Assembly (NCBI GenBank): GCA_964648205.1
Contig: CAZYNT010000003.1
Location: forward strand, 5,357-69,356
Source: an uncultured Gammaproteobacteria bacterium
GTDB taxonomy: Bacteria; Patescibacteriota; Patescibacteriia; Patescibacteriales; UBA12465
Length of the DNA: 64,000 nucleotides
Direction: 5' to 3'
Shown here: piece after piece, positions 18,646 to 28,433 of the stretch
Numbering within the stretch: position 1 is the stretch's first letter
Layout: each line of letters begins with the position of its first letter
The notes under the pieces: generated by a model
The model's database searches: none
The model's input: only the letters and a program-made list of their open reading frames with translations
What the model was told of the DNA's origin: nothing
Position numbers and translations under genes: made by a program

Positions 18646-21279
18646 ATGTCTAAACTAAATTTACGCATCTTTTTCATGTCCGCTCTCTTTTTTATCCTGC
18701 CATTTTTTACCCAAGCGGCCGTTTGCGATGACAAGACGATTGTAGATATCATCGCCCGCGATCCAGACGGCTCTTTCATCGCCAAAGCGAGCGTTGATCT
18801 CTATGTACAGACAGTCGATGTTGACGGCAATAAAAAACCCGGGGCTAGAGTGGCCGGCGGAGTGACCGATTCTGTTTTAGGCAAAGCCACTCTGACTTTT
18901 AAAAATTCCGCAACCCTGTCCGCCTCGTATGCTTTAAGGATACGCACCATCGGCAAAGACTCGGCCAGTTTCTGGTATTACGATAATGTTTTAGGCTGCG
19001 GCGAAACTTCTTCGATAACGGAAACTTTAAGCGGCATTCTCGTTTCCTTACATGGCGCCGACGGCAGTATTTTAACTAATACAAAATTCAATATTTATAC
19101 GCAGCTCTATGATCCGGACGGCAGCCTGCTGCTCGTTAAGAATGAACTTTTAAGCGGTTTTAATTCCGGCGCCTCCGGGCAAGTCAGGGTTTATGTACCG
19201 CAGGGAAGCGTCCGCAGCATAAGCGGGAAATTGAAGGATTTTTATGTCTTGGAAGTAATCCATTCCGGCATCAAATCTTATAAGTATGGCATTCAAGTGG
19301 CAGACGGCGCGATGACGAACATTGATTATTCTCTAAGTACTCTGCGCGTCCGTTTGAAATACGCTTCCGGCTCTTCGGCGAGCGGCGTGCAGATGGAAGT
19401 TTATACGCAGAAAGTTGATGATAGTAACCAAAATCAGATAGACAAAAAAGTTGGCAGCTTTACTATCGCCTCCAATGGCTATGGTTCCATGGAAATATCC
19501 CCGGGCACGTATGCTCTAAGAGTTAAAGTGCTTAACGTTTATCAATATTTTTGGGATATCGACGTCTTTGAGGGTGGAACTACGGAACGGCTTTTGGACC
19601 TTAAAGGTAGCGCCGCTTCCACCACTTCGCCGACGGCTTGCTCCAACGCTTCCAAAATAAACGTTTCATTGCGCGATATAGCCGGCCATAAGGCCGCCGG
19701 CTTGAAATTTGAAATTTATGAGCAGACGACCGATAGTGCCGGCCTGCCGCTGCCGGGCGCAAAAATGGCCGCGGGCACGGTCAATAGCGTCGGGCAGGCG
19801 ACCGTCAGCTTCAAGCCGGATTCAAGCAAGAATTATGCTCTAAAAGTCTGGGATAAAAAAGCGGATTTGGGAGAATTTTGGTATTTCGATGTTTTGAAGT
19901 TTGTTTGCGGATATGACCGTAATTTGACGAAAAGCCTGCCCGCTTTCAAGATAGTGCTGCGCGATTCCCAGGGAAAGCTGAAATTCAATTATAATTTTTC
20001 TTTGTACGCCCAGCGCTACGACATGGACGGCAATCCGACTTTCAGCGCGGCCGATCTTATTGCTAATTTGAAAACCGGCTCCGACGGAAAAGCCCTGGTC
20101 TACGTTTCGCCTTATAATGTCTATCGTAATAACCAGACCGGATATTATGCGATTTCCACCAAGGACTCTAGCGGCAATGTCAAAAATTTCTATAATATCA
20201 AGATTACCGAGGATCAGGATTATACCTATGAGCCTTCTTTCAGCGGGCTAAGCGGAGAATTCCGCAACGCGCAAGAAAAACTTTTAGGAAACAAGACTTT
20301 GAATCTGTATGAACAAAAAGCCATCGACGGTTATTTTAATTTGGGAAAAAAACTCCTGACTGTTAAAACTGACGCGAACGGCCAATTCAGATTCGAATAT
20401 CCTTCCGGCACCTATGCGATTTCTACGCCCGATGATTTAGGGCGAACCAATATTTTTTGGAATATCGTTATCGGCTCTGCCAGCAGCGCAAAGAAATTAA
20501 CCACGAGCTTAACCAGCTTTTATTTTAATAATTCATCCGACAAACCCGCTAGCAACATCACTCTGCAGCTCTATAGCTTGACCGGCCAAGGAGGGACGTA
20601 TTATCGCGGCGATATGATTAAGGCTATAAAATTAACCAACAACCGCGCTTCCTTGTCTTTGGCCGCCGGCGCTTATCTGATTTCTTATACCGGGTCCAAC
20701 AATCGCATATTCGGACAGGCTTTTTACGCAAAAAACGGCTCTAAATTTAATGTCGAGATTTCCTTAAACCCCAAATATCTGATTTCTGATAAAACTTCCT
20801 TTTCTCTGGCCGGCGCGGATTTTAATGCGGTGACTTCGGATTCCGTCGGTTCTTCGGATTTAGACTCAAACTCGAATTCCAATCCTGGCTCAAGTCCAAG
20901 CACCGGGAGCTTATCTTCCCGCTTGAAAGGCCGGATTTTATTGCAGGTTCAAGACAAAGGGCAAGCTTGGTATTTGAACCCGGCCGACGGTAAAAGATAT
21001 AGTCTGGGGCGCCCCGAAGACGCTTTCAATGTGATGCGCCAATTAGCTTTAGGGGTGTCTAATAGCAGTTTTTTCAATATTGAAAAAAATCCGAGCGCTT
21101 GGAAAAATTTAGCCGGCCGCATACTTCTAAAGGTTGAAGACAACGGCCGCGCTTATTATTTCGATCCGACCAATTTACAATTATATTATCTTGGCCGCCC
21201 GGCGGACGCGTTTACGGTTATGCGCGGCCGCGGCTTGGGAATAACCAATACTGATTTAAGTGAGATTGCGGCTAATTAA
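18646..21279 (+). CDS. Large secreted repeat protein (beta-sandwich-like modules + duplicated C-terminal 48-aa module)
   Basis: Signal peptide (MSKLNLRIFFMSALFFILPFFTQA). About 7 internally similar modules follow the pattern (V/I)xLxDxxG...F.IY.Q..D..G...G.A...F....YAL.V. Then comes a Ser/Asp/Asn linker and two copies of GRILL.V.D.G.A.Y..P......YLGRP.DAF.VMR...LG..N. Confidence 0.6.
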   Translation: MSKLNLRIFFMSALFFILPFFTQAAVCDDKTIVDIIARDPDGSFIAKASVDLYVQTVDVDGNKKPGARVAGGVTDSVLGKATLTFKNSATLSASYALRIRTIGKDSASFWYYDNVLGCGETSSITETLSGILVSLHGADGSILTNTKFNIYTQLYDPDGSLLLVKNELLSGFNSGASGQVRVYVPQGSVRSISGKLKDFYVLEVIHSGIKSYKYGIQVADGAMTNIDYSLSTLRVRLKYASGSSASGVQMEVYTQKVDDSNQNQIDKKVGSFTIASNGYGSMEISPGTYALRVKVLNVYQYFWDIDVFEGGTTERLLDLKGSAASTTSPTACSNASKINVSLRDIAGHKAAGLKFEIYEQTTDSAGLPLPGAKMAAGTVNSVGQATVSFKPDSSKNYALKVWDKKADLGEFWYFDVLKFVCGYDRNLTKSLPAFKIVLRDSQGKLKFNYNFSLYAQRYDMDGNPTFSAADLIANLKTGSDGKALVYVSPYNVYRNNQTGYYAISTKDSSGNVKNFYNIKITEDQDYTYEPSFSGLSGEFRNAQEKLLGNKTLNLYEQKAIDGYFNLGKKLLTVKTDANGQFRFEYPSGTYAISTPDDLGRTNIFWNIVIGSASSAKKLTTSLTSFYFNNSSDKPASNITLQLYSLTGQGGTYYRGDMIKAIKLTNNRASLSLAAGAYLISYTGSNNRIFGQAFYAKNGSKFNVEISLNPKYLISDKTSFSLAGADFNAVTSDSVGSSDLDSNSNSNPGSSPSTGSLSSRLKGRILLQVQDKGQAWYLNPADGKRYSLGRPEDAFNVMRQLALGVSNSSFFNIEKNPSAWKNLAGRILLKVEDNGRAYYFDPTNLQLYYLGRPADAFTVMRGRGLGITNTDLSEIAAN

Positions 21280-21291
21280 AAGTTGGTTTAT

Positions 21292-22284
21292 ATGGCGAAG
21301 GAAGCTGTGCAGAAAAAAGAATACAGTTGGCCCTCAATCGGCAACGAGAAAGCGATAGAATTTTTAAATCGCAGCTTGGCGAGCGATAAAATAGCGCAGA
21401 CTTATATCTTTATTGGTCCGGAGGAATTAGGGAAGTCAACTATCGCCCTCGCCTTCGCCCGCAATCTTCAAGGGGATACCGAAGGCTTTAATAGTGATCT
21501 TTTTATTTTAAATCCGGAAGCGGGCAAAAAAAGCATCGGCATCGAGCAGGTCAGAGAATTCATAAAAATGCTTAATTTGAGCTCTTTCCTGAATTCTTAT
21601 AAAATAGGATTAATCAAAGAAGCCGATCTTTTAAGCGAGGAGGCGAAAAGCGCTCTACTTAAAACTCTTGAGGAGCCGAAAGATAAAGTAGTTATAATCT
21701 TATTGGTCACTAATGAAGAAAGCTTGCCGGCGACCATTCTGTCTCGGGCGCAGAAGCTCTATTTTTATCCTGTGCCGGCCGCGACGATTTATGATTATCT
21801 AATCGCTAATTACGGCGCTAGCCGTTCGCTTGCCAAAGATCTGGCGAATTTGGCGCTCGGGCGCCCTTTGAAAGCTATTAGGTATTTGGAAAATCCGGAA
21901 GTTTATAAAACCTATTTGGAAGAAGCGGAGAAGTTTTTGGATCTGTTTAATTTGAACGTAAACGCGCGCCTAAAAATCCTCGACTCTCTTTTTAGCGATC
22001 GAACCTATAGCCGCCAAGCAACCGAAGGTGCGCTGAACCTTATACTGATGGCCGAAGGCTTGCTGCGCGATCTGCTTTTGCTTAATTTAGATCAAAGAGA
22101 CCGTTTGCAGCATTTGTTATTAATTAATGCTCTTGAAAAAAGCCTGGCCAGCTTATACGGCGACAGCGAAGCAAAAACAATAGCGATTTTGACGCGCCTA
22201 AAGCTTATCGCCACCGCCAAGGAATATCTGGAAGCCAATGTCAACCCCAGATTAGTGCTCGAACAATTGGTTATCCATTTATAA
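21292..22284 (+). CDS. holB: DNA polymerase III delta-prime subunit
   Basis: AAA+ clamp-loader pattern: QTYIFIGPEELGKSTIALAFA, IKEADLLSEEAKSALLKTLEEP, SRAQKLYF. I prefer the ATG at 21292 over the TTG at 21283. Confidence 0.8.
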   Translation: MAKEAVQKKEYSWPSIGNEKAIEFLNRSLASDKIAQTYIFIGPEELGKSTIALAFARNLQGDTEGFNSDLFILNPEAGKKSIGIEQVREFIKMLNLSSFLNSYKIGLIKEADLLSEEAKSALLKTLEEPKDKVVIILLVTNEESLPATILSRAQKLYFYPVPAATIYDYLIANYGASRSLAKDLANLALGRPLKAIRYLENPEVYKTYLEEAEKFLDLFNLNVNARLKILDSLFSDRTYSRQATEGALNLILMAEGLLRDLLLLNLDQRDRLQHLLLINALEKSLASLYGDSEAKTIAILTRLKLIATAKEYLEANVNPRLVLEQLVIHL

Positions 22285-22295
22285 TTAATAAAAAT

Positions 22296-23405
22296 ATGGG
22301 AAAAAAATCTTTTAAATTAATTTTAGCGCTTATCAGCTTAGTTTTTATTACCTCCGCTTGTTCGATTTCTACAACCTCGACCAATAACCAGAGCGTCGAC
22401 AGCAGCTTGTTCGTCACCGGAGACAGAGGGGATACTTGGCGTTCTATGACAGCCGTCCCCAGCACGACCGGCCGGGCGGGGAGCATCGCCGGTTTAAACG
22501 TCAAAGTTATGACGATGGACCCTCAGGACAGCCAGGCCGTTTATCTAGCCAGTTACGACAGCGGCTTGTATTATACTTATAATGTTACCGAAGGCTGGAA
22601 CGAAGTAAAAACCTTGCCTAAAGCGACCGTCAATGATATTAAAGTCGATCCGAAAAATAAATGTATCTTATATGCGGCGATAGCGAATCGCGTTTACCGC
22701 TCAAGCGACTGCGCGCGCACCTGGACTCAGATTTATTTTGACAATAACGTCGGCGTGGCCGTGAATACGGTCGCCGTTGATCAGTATAATCCGATTAATA
22801 TCTATATCGGCACTAGCCGCGGGGAAATTATTAAGAGCATTGATAGCGGCAGCTCCTGGCGGACCATACAGCGCCTGCAAGAAGGCATTAACCGTCTTAT
22901 TATTTCACCGTTGGACAGCCGTTTAATATTTGTCGCGACCGCGAAAAACAATATTTTCAGCTTCAATTCTAACTCAAATACTAATCCTGCCAACCCCGCG
23001 GATTTAGAGGCTAATTTTGTCGTAGAAAATTGGCTGGATTTGAATGAACTTTTGCGCGATTATAATTTAGGAGTGAGTTTTAAAGATATTGTTGTCAACG
23101 CGAAAGACGGCAAGATGTTCATCGCGACCGAGAAGGTTATCCTGCGCTCTAGCGACAACGGCTATACTTGGGAGAATATAAAATTAATTCAGCCGGAAAA
23201 GGATGCGATTATTAATGCGATTGCTGTTAATCCCCAGAATTCAAATGAAATTTATTACGTGACTAATACTACTTTTTTCCGCTCGAGCGATGCCGGGATA
23301 ACCTGGACGACCAAAAAATTGCCGACCAAGCGTTCCGGCCGGGTGCTCTTGATTGATTTCAAGAATCCAAACGTAATATATTTAGGGACTAAGGAGCTTA
23401 AATAA
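22296..23405 (+). CDS. Lipoprotein with BNR/Asp-box repeats (beta-propeller)
   Basis: Lipobox-like LVFITSAC. Five SxDxGxTW-type Asp boxes are present: TGDRGDTW, SSDCARTW, SIDSGSSW, SSDNGYTW, SSDAGITW. Confidence 0.65.
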   Translation: MGKKSFKLILALISLVFITSACSISTTSTNNQSVDSSLFVTGDRGDTWRSMTAVPSTTGRAGSIAGLNVKVMTMDPQDSQAVYLASYDSGLYYTYNVTEGWNEVKTLPKATVNDIKVDPKNKCILYAAIANRVYRSSDCARTWTQIYFDNNVGVAVNTVAVDQYNPINIYIGTSRGEIIKSIDSGSSWRTIQRLQEGINRLIISPLDSRLIFVATAKNNIFSFNSNSNTNPANPADLEANFVVENWLDLNELLRDYNLGVSFKDIVVNAKDGKMFIATEKVILRSSDNGYTWENIKLIQPEKDAIINAIAVNPQNSNEIYYVTNTTFFRSSDAGITWTTKKLPTKRSGRVLLIDFKNPNVIYLGTKELK

Positions 23406-23419
23406 TCTATTTTAAATAT

Positions 23420-23974
23420 ATGAACCAATTTTTACAAAGCAAACAAGGAGAATTTGTTAGCGCCCTCGATTTCTTTAAGAAAGAAATAGGCACTTTACGC
23501 ACCGGCCGCGCTAATCCGGCAGTTTTGGACAATATTTCCGTCGAAGCCTACGGCGTTATGAATCCTTTAAATGCCGTCGGCAATATTGCCGTTTCCGATG
23601 CGCGCAGCATCATTATCGTCCCTTGGGACAAAACTGTTTCCAAAGCCATTGAAAAAGCGATTATCGATGCTGGACTAGGAATGGGAGTTACGAACGAAGG
23701 CGACAGGATCCGTTTGACCGTGCCGGCTTTAACTGAAGAAAATCGCAAGGTGCTGGTCAAGACTTTAAATGAGAAGATGGAAAAAACCCGCGTTATTCTG
23801 CGGCAAGCCCGGGATAGCGTCAAGAATTCAATCGAAAAAGCTTTTGCCGATAAAGAATTCAGCGAAGATGATAAATTCAGGTTTATGAAAGAGCTCGACG
23901 AATTTTCCGCCAAGAAAAACGAAGAGCTGAAAGTTATCCGCGATCATAAGGAAGCGGACATAATGGAAATTTAA
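23420..23974 (+). CDS. frr: Ribosome recycling factor
   Basis: 184 aa. LRTGRANPAVLDNISVEAYG...PLNAVGNIAVSDARSIIIVPWDK is typical of RRF. Confidence 0.92.
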   Translation: MNQFLQSKQGEFVSALDFFKKEIGTLRTGRANPAVLDNISVEAYGVMNPLNAVGNIAVSDARSIIIVPWDKTVSKAIEKAIIDAGLGMGVTNEGDRIRLTVPALTEENRKVLVKTLNEKMEKTRVILRQARDSVKNSIEKAFADKEFSEDDKFRFMKELDEFSAKKNEELKVIRDHKEADIMEI

Positions 23975-23983
23975 TAATAATTT

Positions 23984-25144
23984 ATGTTGCTCACGATTGT
24001 AATTTTTGTTTTAGTTTTATCAATTTTAGTTTTTGCCCATGAGCTCGGCCATTTTTTTACCGCCCGCCGCTTCGGCGTCAAAGCGGAAGAGTTCGGCTTC
24101 GGCTTTCCGCCGCGGGGAATAGGCGTCTATAAAAGCCAGAGCGGAAAATGGCGCTTCGTTTATGGAAATAAATCAGTGGAAAGCCTGGAAGCAAGCGAGA
24201 ATGAAAACCTGCGCCCCGCCGCCAAATCAACGGTCTATTCTCTTAATTGGCTGCCTTTGGGCGGATTTGTAAAAATAAAAGGAGAAAACGGGGAAGGTGA
24301 AAACGAAAAAGACAGCTTTGCTTATAAAAAAATCTGGCAGCGCATTATAATTTTAGCCGCGGGCGTAACGATGAATGTCGTTTTAGCTTGGGCTCTATTC
24401 TCGGTCGGTTATATGATCGGCTTGCCGCAATCAACCGATACTGTCGGCAAGAATGCGGTTGTTTCCGAACCGCAAGTGATGATTGCCACCGTTTTGCCCG
24501 ATTCGCCGGCTTCGGCCGCCGGTTTGAAAGAGGGCGACGCGGTTTTGCGTATTAATGATCAAGTGGTCGGTTCGGACAAAGCGCTCCAAGACGCCGTCGC
24601 CCAAAGCGATGGCCAAGCCGCTACCTTATTGATAAAAAGGGAAGGAGCTGAAAAAACCCTGACAGTTACGCCGATCTCTAAAGGCGGCGGCCGGGCGACG
24701 ATGGGAGTCGCGATTTTTTCGGCCGGATTAGTTCATTATCCCTTTTTCTCCGCTTTGATCGAGGGGGCGAAAACTACCGGCTGGATGATTAAGGAAATTT
24801 TTTCGGCGCTGGGCAATTTAATAGGAAATCTTTTTCAAGGCCATCAAGTCGGCGATCAATTCGCCGGTCCCATAGGCATCGCCAACATCACCGGGCAAGC
24901 CGCCCGCCTCGGATTGTCTTATCTCCTGCAGTTTATAGCGTTATTATCTTTGAATTTGGCGATTATCAATATATTGCCCCTGCCCGCGCTCGACGGCGGC
25001 CGAATTCTTTTCCTGCTGATTGAAAAAATAAAAGGCAAGCCCGTGAAAAGAGAAGTTGAGGCCGTAATCCACAATATCGGCTTTATCCTTCTTATCGTCT
25101 TAATTATCTTTATCACCTATCGCGACATTATTAAGTTATTTTAA
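23984..25144 (+). CDS. rseP: RIP (site-2) zinc metalloprotease RseP/YaeL family
   Basis: HELGHFFTARRFG zinc motif in TM1, a central PDZ-like region, and C-terminal LNLAIINILPLPALDGG. Confidence 0.85.
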   Translation: MLLTIVIFVLVLSILVFAHELGHFFTARRFGVKAEEFGFGFPPRGIGVYKSQSGKWRFVYGNKSVESLEASENENLRPAAKSTVYSLNWLPLGGFVKIKGENGEGENEKDSFAYKKIWQRIIILAAGVTMNVVLAWALFSVGYMIGLPQSTDTVGKNAVVSEPQVMIATVLPDSPASAAGLKEGDAVLRINDQVVGSDKALQDAVAQSDGQAATLLIKREGAEKTLTVTPISKGGGRATMGVAIFSAGLVHYPFFSALIEGAKTTGWMIKEIFSALGNLIGNLFQGHQVGDQFAGPIGIANITGQAARLGLSYLLQFIALLSLNLAIINILPLPALDGGRILFLLIEKIKGKPVKREVEAVIHNIGFILLIVLIIFITYRDIIKLF

Positions 25145-25152
25145 TAAATCAT

Positions 25153-25476
25153 ATGAATATCAAAATCAAATCGACGCGCCTAGAATTAACTCCCGCTATC
25201 CGCGATTATTTTCAAAGTAAGATGGATATGGTCGAGAAACACTTGGGAGAAATAAAAATAGTTAATTGCGACGTGGAAATTGAAAAGGCGATCGGCGGCC
25301 AGCATAAAGGCGAAATTTTCCGCGCTGAGGTTAATCTGCAGGTGCCGGGAAAGCTGCTGCGGGTTGAAAAAACAGAATCCGATTTATATAAAGCGATTGA
25401 TAAGGTAAAGGATCATTTAGAACTCGTGATTAGAAAGCACAAGGAAAAAATAATAGACTTGAAAAGAGGGAAGTAA
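25153..25476 (+). CDS. hpf: Ribosome hibernation promoting factor / RaiA family (short form)
   Basis: 107 aa. IKSTRLELTPAIRDYFQSKM...AEVNLQVPGKLLRVEKTESDLYKAIDKVKDHLE matches sigma-54 modulation protein/S30EA family proteins. Confidence 0.85.
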   Translation: MNIKIKSTRLELTPAIRDYFQSKMDMVEKHLGEIKIVNCDVEIEKAIGGQHKGEIFRAEVNLQVPGKLLRVEKTESDLYKAIDKVKDHLELVIRKHKEKIIDLKRGK

Positions 25477-25504
25477 AAAATAGGGAAGCTAGAAAAATAT
25501 TTTT

Positions 25505-25533
25505 AAAAAACCTCCTGGTTAGGAGGTTTTTGT
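25505..25533 (+). terminator. Rho-independent terminator after hpf
   Basis: AAAAAACCTCCT-GGTT-AGGAGGTTTTT, a perfect stem followed by a T-run. Confidence 0.7.
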
Positions 25534-25560
25534 ATTATTTTAATATTTAAAATAATTATT

Positions 25561-25607
25561 ATAATTTGTCAATATTTATTTTATCCAGAGAACGTATTAT
25601 ACTAATG
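25561..25607 (+). promoter_or_regulatory. Promoter-like bipartite motif upstream of secA (copy 1 of a shared 47-nt motif)
   Basis: TTTGTCAATATTTATTTTA...TATTATACT. By hand alignment, 36 of 47 positions are identical to 37546-37592. Confidence 0.35.
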
Positions 25608-25663
25608 TTAGACAGAAAAACCGTTTAATTTCGGTTTCTTTTTGACTATTATTAAACAAAATT

Positions 25664-28402
25664 ATGAATATTTTTAAACTGTTCGGCGACGCTAATGAAA
25701 AAATCGTAAAAGCGATGCGGCCGACGATTGATAAAATCGCGAGCTTTGAGCCGGAATTTCAGAAATTAAGCGCCGAAGAATTAAAAAACAAGACGAATCT
25801 TTACAAAGAACGCCTGGCCAAAGGCGAAACCCTTGATGATCTTTTGCCCGAAGCCTATGCCACCATGCGCGAGGCCGCGAAACGGATTTTAAATCAGCGC
25901 CATTTTGATGTGCAGCTTATCGGCGGCATAGTTTTGCATCGTGGCCAGATTGCTGAAATGAAAACCGGCGAAGGAAAAACTTTGGTCGCGACCTTGCCGC
26001 TTTATTTGAACGCTCTTGAAGGCAAAGGGGCTCATCTTATTACCGTTAATGATTATTTGGCGCGTTTGGGCGCCGGCTGGATGGCGCCCGTTTTTTATGC
26101 GCTCGGCTTGACGACCGGCGTTATAGTCCACGAGAATGCTTTCGTCTATGATCCTGAGTATAATGACGATTCCCAATACGACGAACGCTTGAAACACTTT
26201 AAGCGGATTCCGCGCCGCGAAGCTTATTATTGCGATATTACCTATGGAACGAATAATGAATTCGGTTTCGATTATCTGCGCGACAATATGGTCTATACGC
26301 TTGATCAGACCGTGCAGCGCCCGCTTAACTACGCCATCGTCGATGAAATCGATTCGATTTTGATCGACGAAGCGCGCACCCCTCTGATTATTTCCGCGCC
26401 GGCCGAAGAATCAACCGACAAATATTTTAAATTTGCGCAGCTGGTAGAGCGCTTGGAAGAAAAAGACGATTATAATATTGATGAAAAGATGCGCGCCTCA
26501 ACCTTGACTGAGGGCGGCATCGCCAAGGTTGAAAAAATGCTGGGTTTGGGCAATATTTATGTCGAAGGCGGAGTCAAAGAGGTCCATCATTTGGAACAAG
26601 CCCTTAAAGCGCGCGTCTTGTTCAAGCGCGACAAGGATTATGTCGTCAAAGACGGCGAAATTATCATTGTTGATGAGTTCACCGGGCGTTTAATGCCGGG
26701 CCGCCGCTATAGCGAAGGCCTGCATCAGGCGATTGAGGCTAAAGAGGGCGTAAAAGTCCAGAAAGAATCGCAGACCATGGCCACGATTACTTTTCAAAAT
26801 TTATTCCGGCTTTATAAAAAATTATCCGGTATGACCGGAACTGCCGCGACCGAAGCGGAGGAATTCCATAAAATCTATAAACTAGAAACAATCGTCATCC
26901 CGACTAATAAGCCGAATGTCCGCCGCGACTTGAACGATTTGATTTATCGCACGGAAATGGATAAATTCAACGCCGTTATCCGCGATGTTAAAGAGAGGAA
27001 TAAAAAAGGGCAGCCGGTTTTAATCGGTACGATTTCTATCGAGAAAAATGAAATTTTTACCGCTCTGATGGAGCGCGAAGGCCTGCGCCCGCAAATGCTC
27101 AACGCGAAGAACCACCAGAAAGAAGCTGAAGTTATCGCGCAGGCCGGGCGCAAAGGAGCGATTACGCTGGCGACCAATATGGCCGGCCGCGGCGTCGATA
27201 TTATTCTAGGCGGCAATCCGCCGCTGGAAAGCGAGCAGGCTGAAGTCAGGGCTTTAGGAGGGTTGCATGTAATAGGCACCGAACGCCACGAATCGCGCCG
27301 CATCGATAATCAGTTAAGAGGCCGCGCCGGCCGCCAAGGCGATCCGGGCTCATCCCAATTTTATGTCTCAACCGATGATGATCTGATGCGTATTTTCGGG
27401 GGCGATCGCATGAAGGGATTGATGAAGACTTTAAATGTCCCAGCCGATATGCCGATTGAGAACAAGATGATTTCCAAATCAATCGAATCCGCGCAGAAGA
27501 AGGTTGAAGGAAATAATTTTGATATCCGGAAACATCTGGTCGAATATGATGATGTTATTAATAAGCACCGCACGGCTATATATAATCGCCGCCGGGAAAT
27601 TTTGGAAATCGCCGAAAATATCAAAAGCGAAGCAAGCCGAGGAGAGAACGGGGAAATAATTGAAGCGAAAACTTTAACAGCTATCGTCAGCGAGATGATT
27701 CAAGACGAAATTACCGCAGTTGTCAGCTTCCATACGGCGAGCGAAGATAAGAATGAATGGAATTTTAAAGAAATATCGGAAACCATGCGCACGATTTGGA
27801 ACACTTCGTCTGAATTGCCGGCTAAATTAGAAAAAATCATCAAGAGTGATAAGAATAAGGACGGCCTCAGGGAAGAAATGAAAGAATATTTGATTAAAGA
27901 AGCGGCCGATGTTTATAACTCTTTGGCTGGAAAGTTCAAGGCGGCTAATGTTGATTTTAAAGAAGTCGAAAAAGGAATTTTAATTCGGGCTATTGATGAA
28001 AATTGGGTTGAGCACTTGGAAACCGTCGATTATCTGCGCCGCGGCATCGGTTTGCGCGGCTACGGCCAGCGCGATCCGCTGGTTGAATATAAAAAAGAAG
28101 CCTGGCGCATGTATCAGGAATTGAACGCCTTGATAAATAAAAATGTTGTTTATTCTATCTATAAAACTGCGGACGCTCTCGCCTTGGCGAATACGCCAGA
28201 GATAAGATTATTTGCCGATCAAGGGGCGACCAATTTAGAATTTACCGGCGCCGCCAAAGAAATGCACCGCCAAGCTGAAGAGCGCAATACGATAGATCTG
28301 GTGCATGAAAAAATAAAGGACGAAAGCGGCCAGAAAGTCGGCCGCAATGATCCGTGCCCCTGCGGCAGCGGCAAGAAGTATAAGCAGTGCCACGGGAAAT
28401 AA
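25664..28402 (+). CDS. secA: Preprotein translocase ATPase SecA
   Basis: 912 aa. Motifs: MKTGEGKTLVATLP, DEIDSILIDEARTPLIIS, MAGRGVDI. The C-terminal zinc finger is CPCGSGKKYKQCHG. Confidence 0.95.
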   Translation: MNIFKLFGDANEKIVKAMRPTIDKIASFEPEFQKLSAEELKNKTNLYKERLAKGETLDDLLPEAYATMREAAKRILNQRHFDVQLIGGIVLHRGQIAEMKTGEGKTLVATLPLYLNALEGKGAHLITVNDYLARLGAGWMAPVFYALGLTTGVIVHENAFVYDPEYNDDSQYDERLKHFKRIPRREAYYCDITYGTNNEFGFDYLRDNMVYTLDQTVQRPLNYAIVDEIDSILIDEARTPLIISAPAEESTDKYFKFAQLVERLEEKDDYNIDEKMRASTLTEGGIAKVEKMLGLGNIYVEGGVKEVHHLEQALKARVLFKRDKDYVVKDGEIIIVDEFTGRLMPGRRYSEGLHQAIEAKEGVKVQKESQTMATITFQNLFRLYKKLSGMTGTAATEAEEFHKIYKLETIVIPTNKPNVRRDLNDLIYRTEMDKFNAVIRDVKERNKKGQPVLIGTISIEKNEIFTALMEREGLRPQMLNAKNHQKEAEVIAQAGRKGAITLATNMAGRGVDIILGGNPPLESEQAEVRALGGLHVIGTERHESRRIDNQLRGRAGRQGDPGSSQFYVSTDDDLMRIFGGDRMKGLMKTLNVPADMPIENKMISKSIESAQKKVEGNNFDIRKHLVEYDDVINKHRTAIYNRRREILEIAENIKSEASRGENGEIIEAKTLTAIVSEMIQDEITAVVSFHTASEDKNEWNFKEISETMRTIWNTSSELPAKLEKIIKSDKNKDGLREEMKEYLIKEAADVYNSLAGKFKAANVDFKEVEKGILIRAIDENWVEHLETVDYLRRGIGLRGYGQRDPLVEYKKEAWRMYQELNALINKNVVYSIYKTADALALANTPEIRLFADQGATNLEFTGAAKEMHRQAEERNTIDLVHEKIKDESGQKVGRNDPCPCGSGKKYKQCHGK

Positions 28403-28433
28403 AAAATAATAAATACTCTGGACAGTCAAGTTA

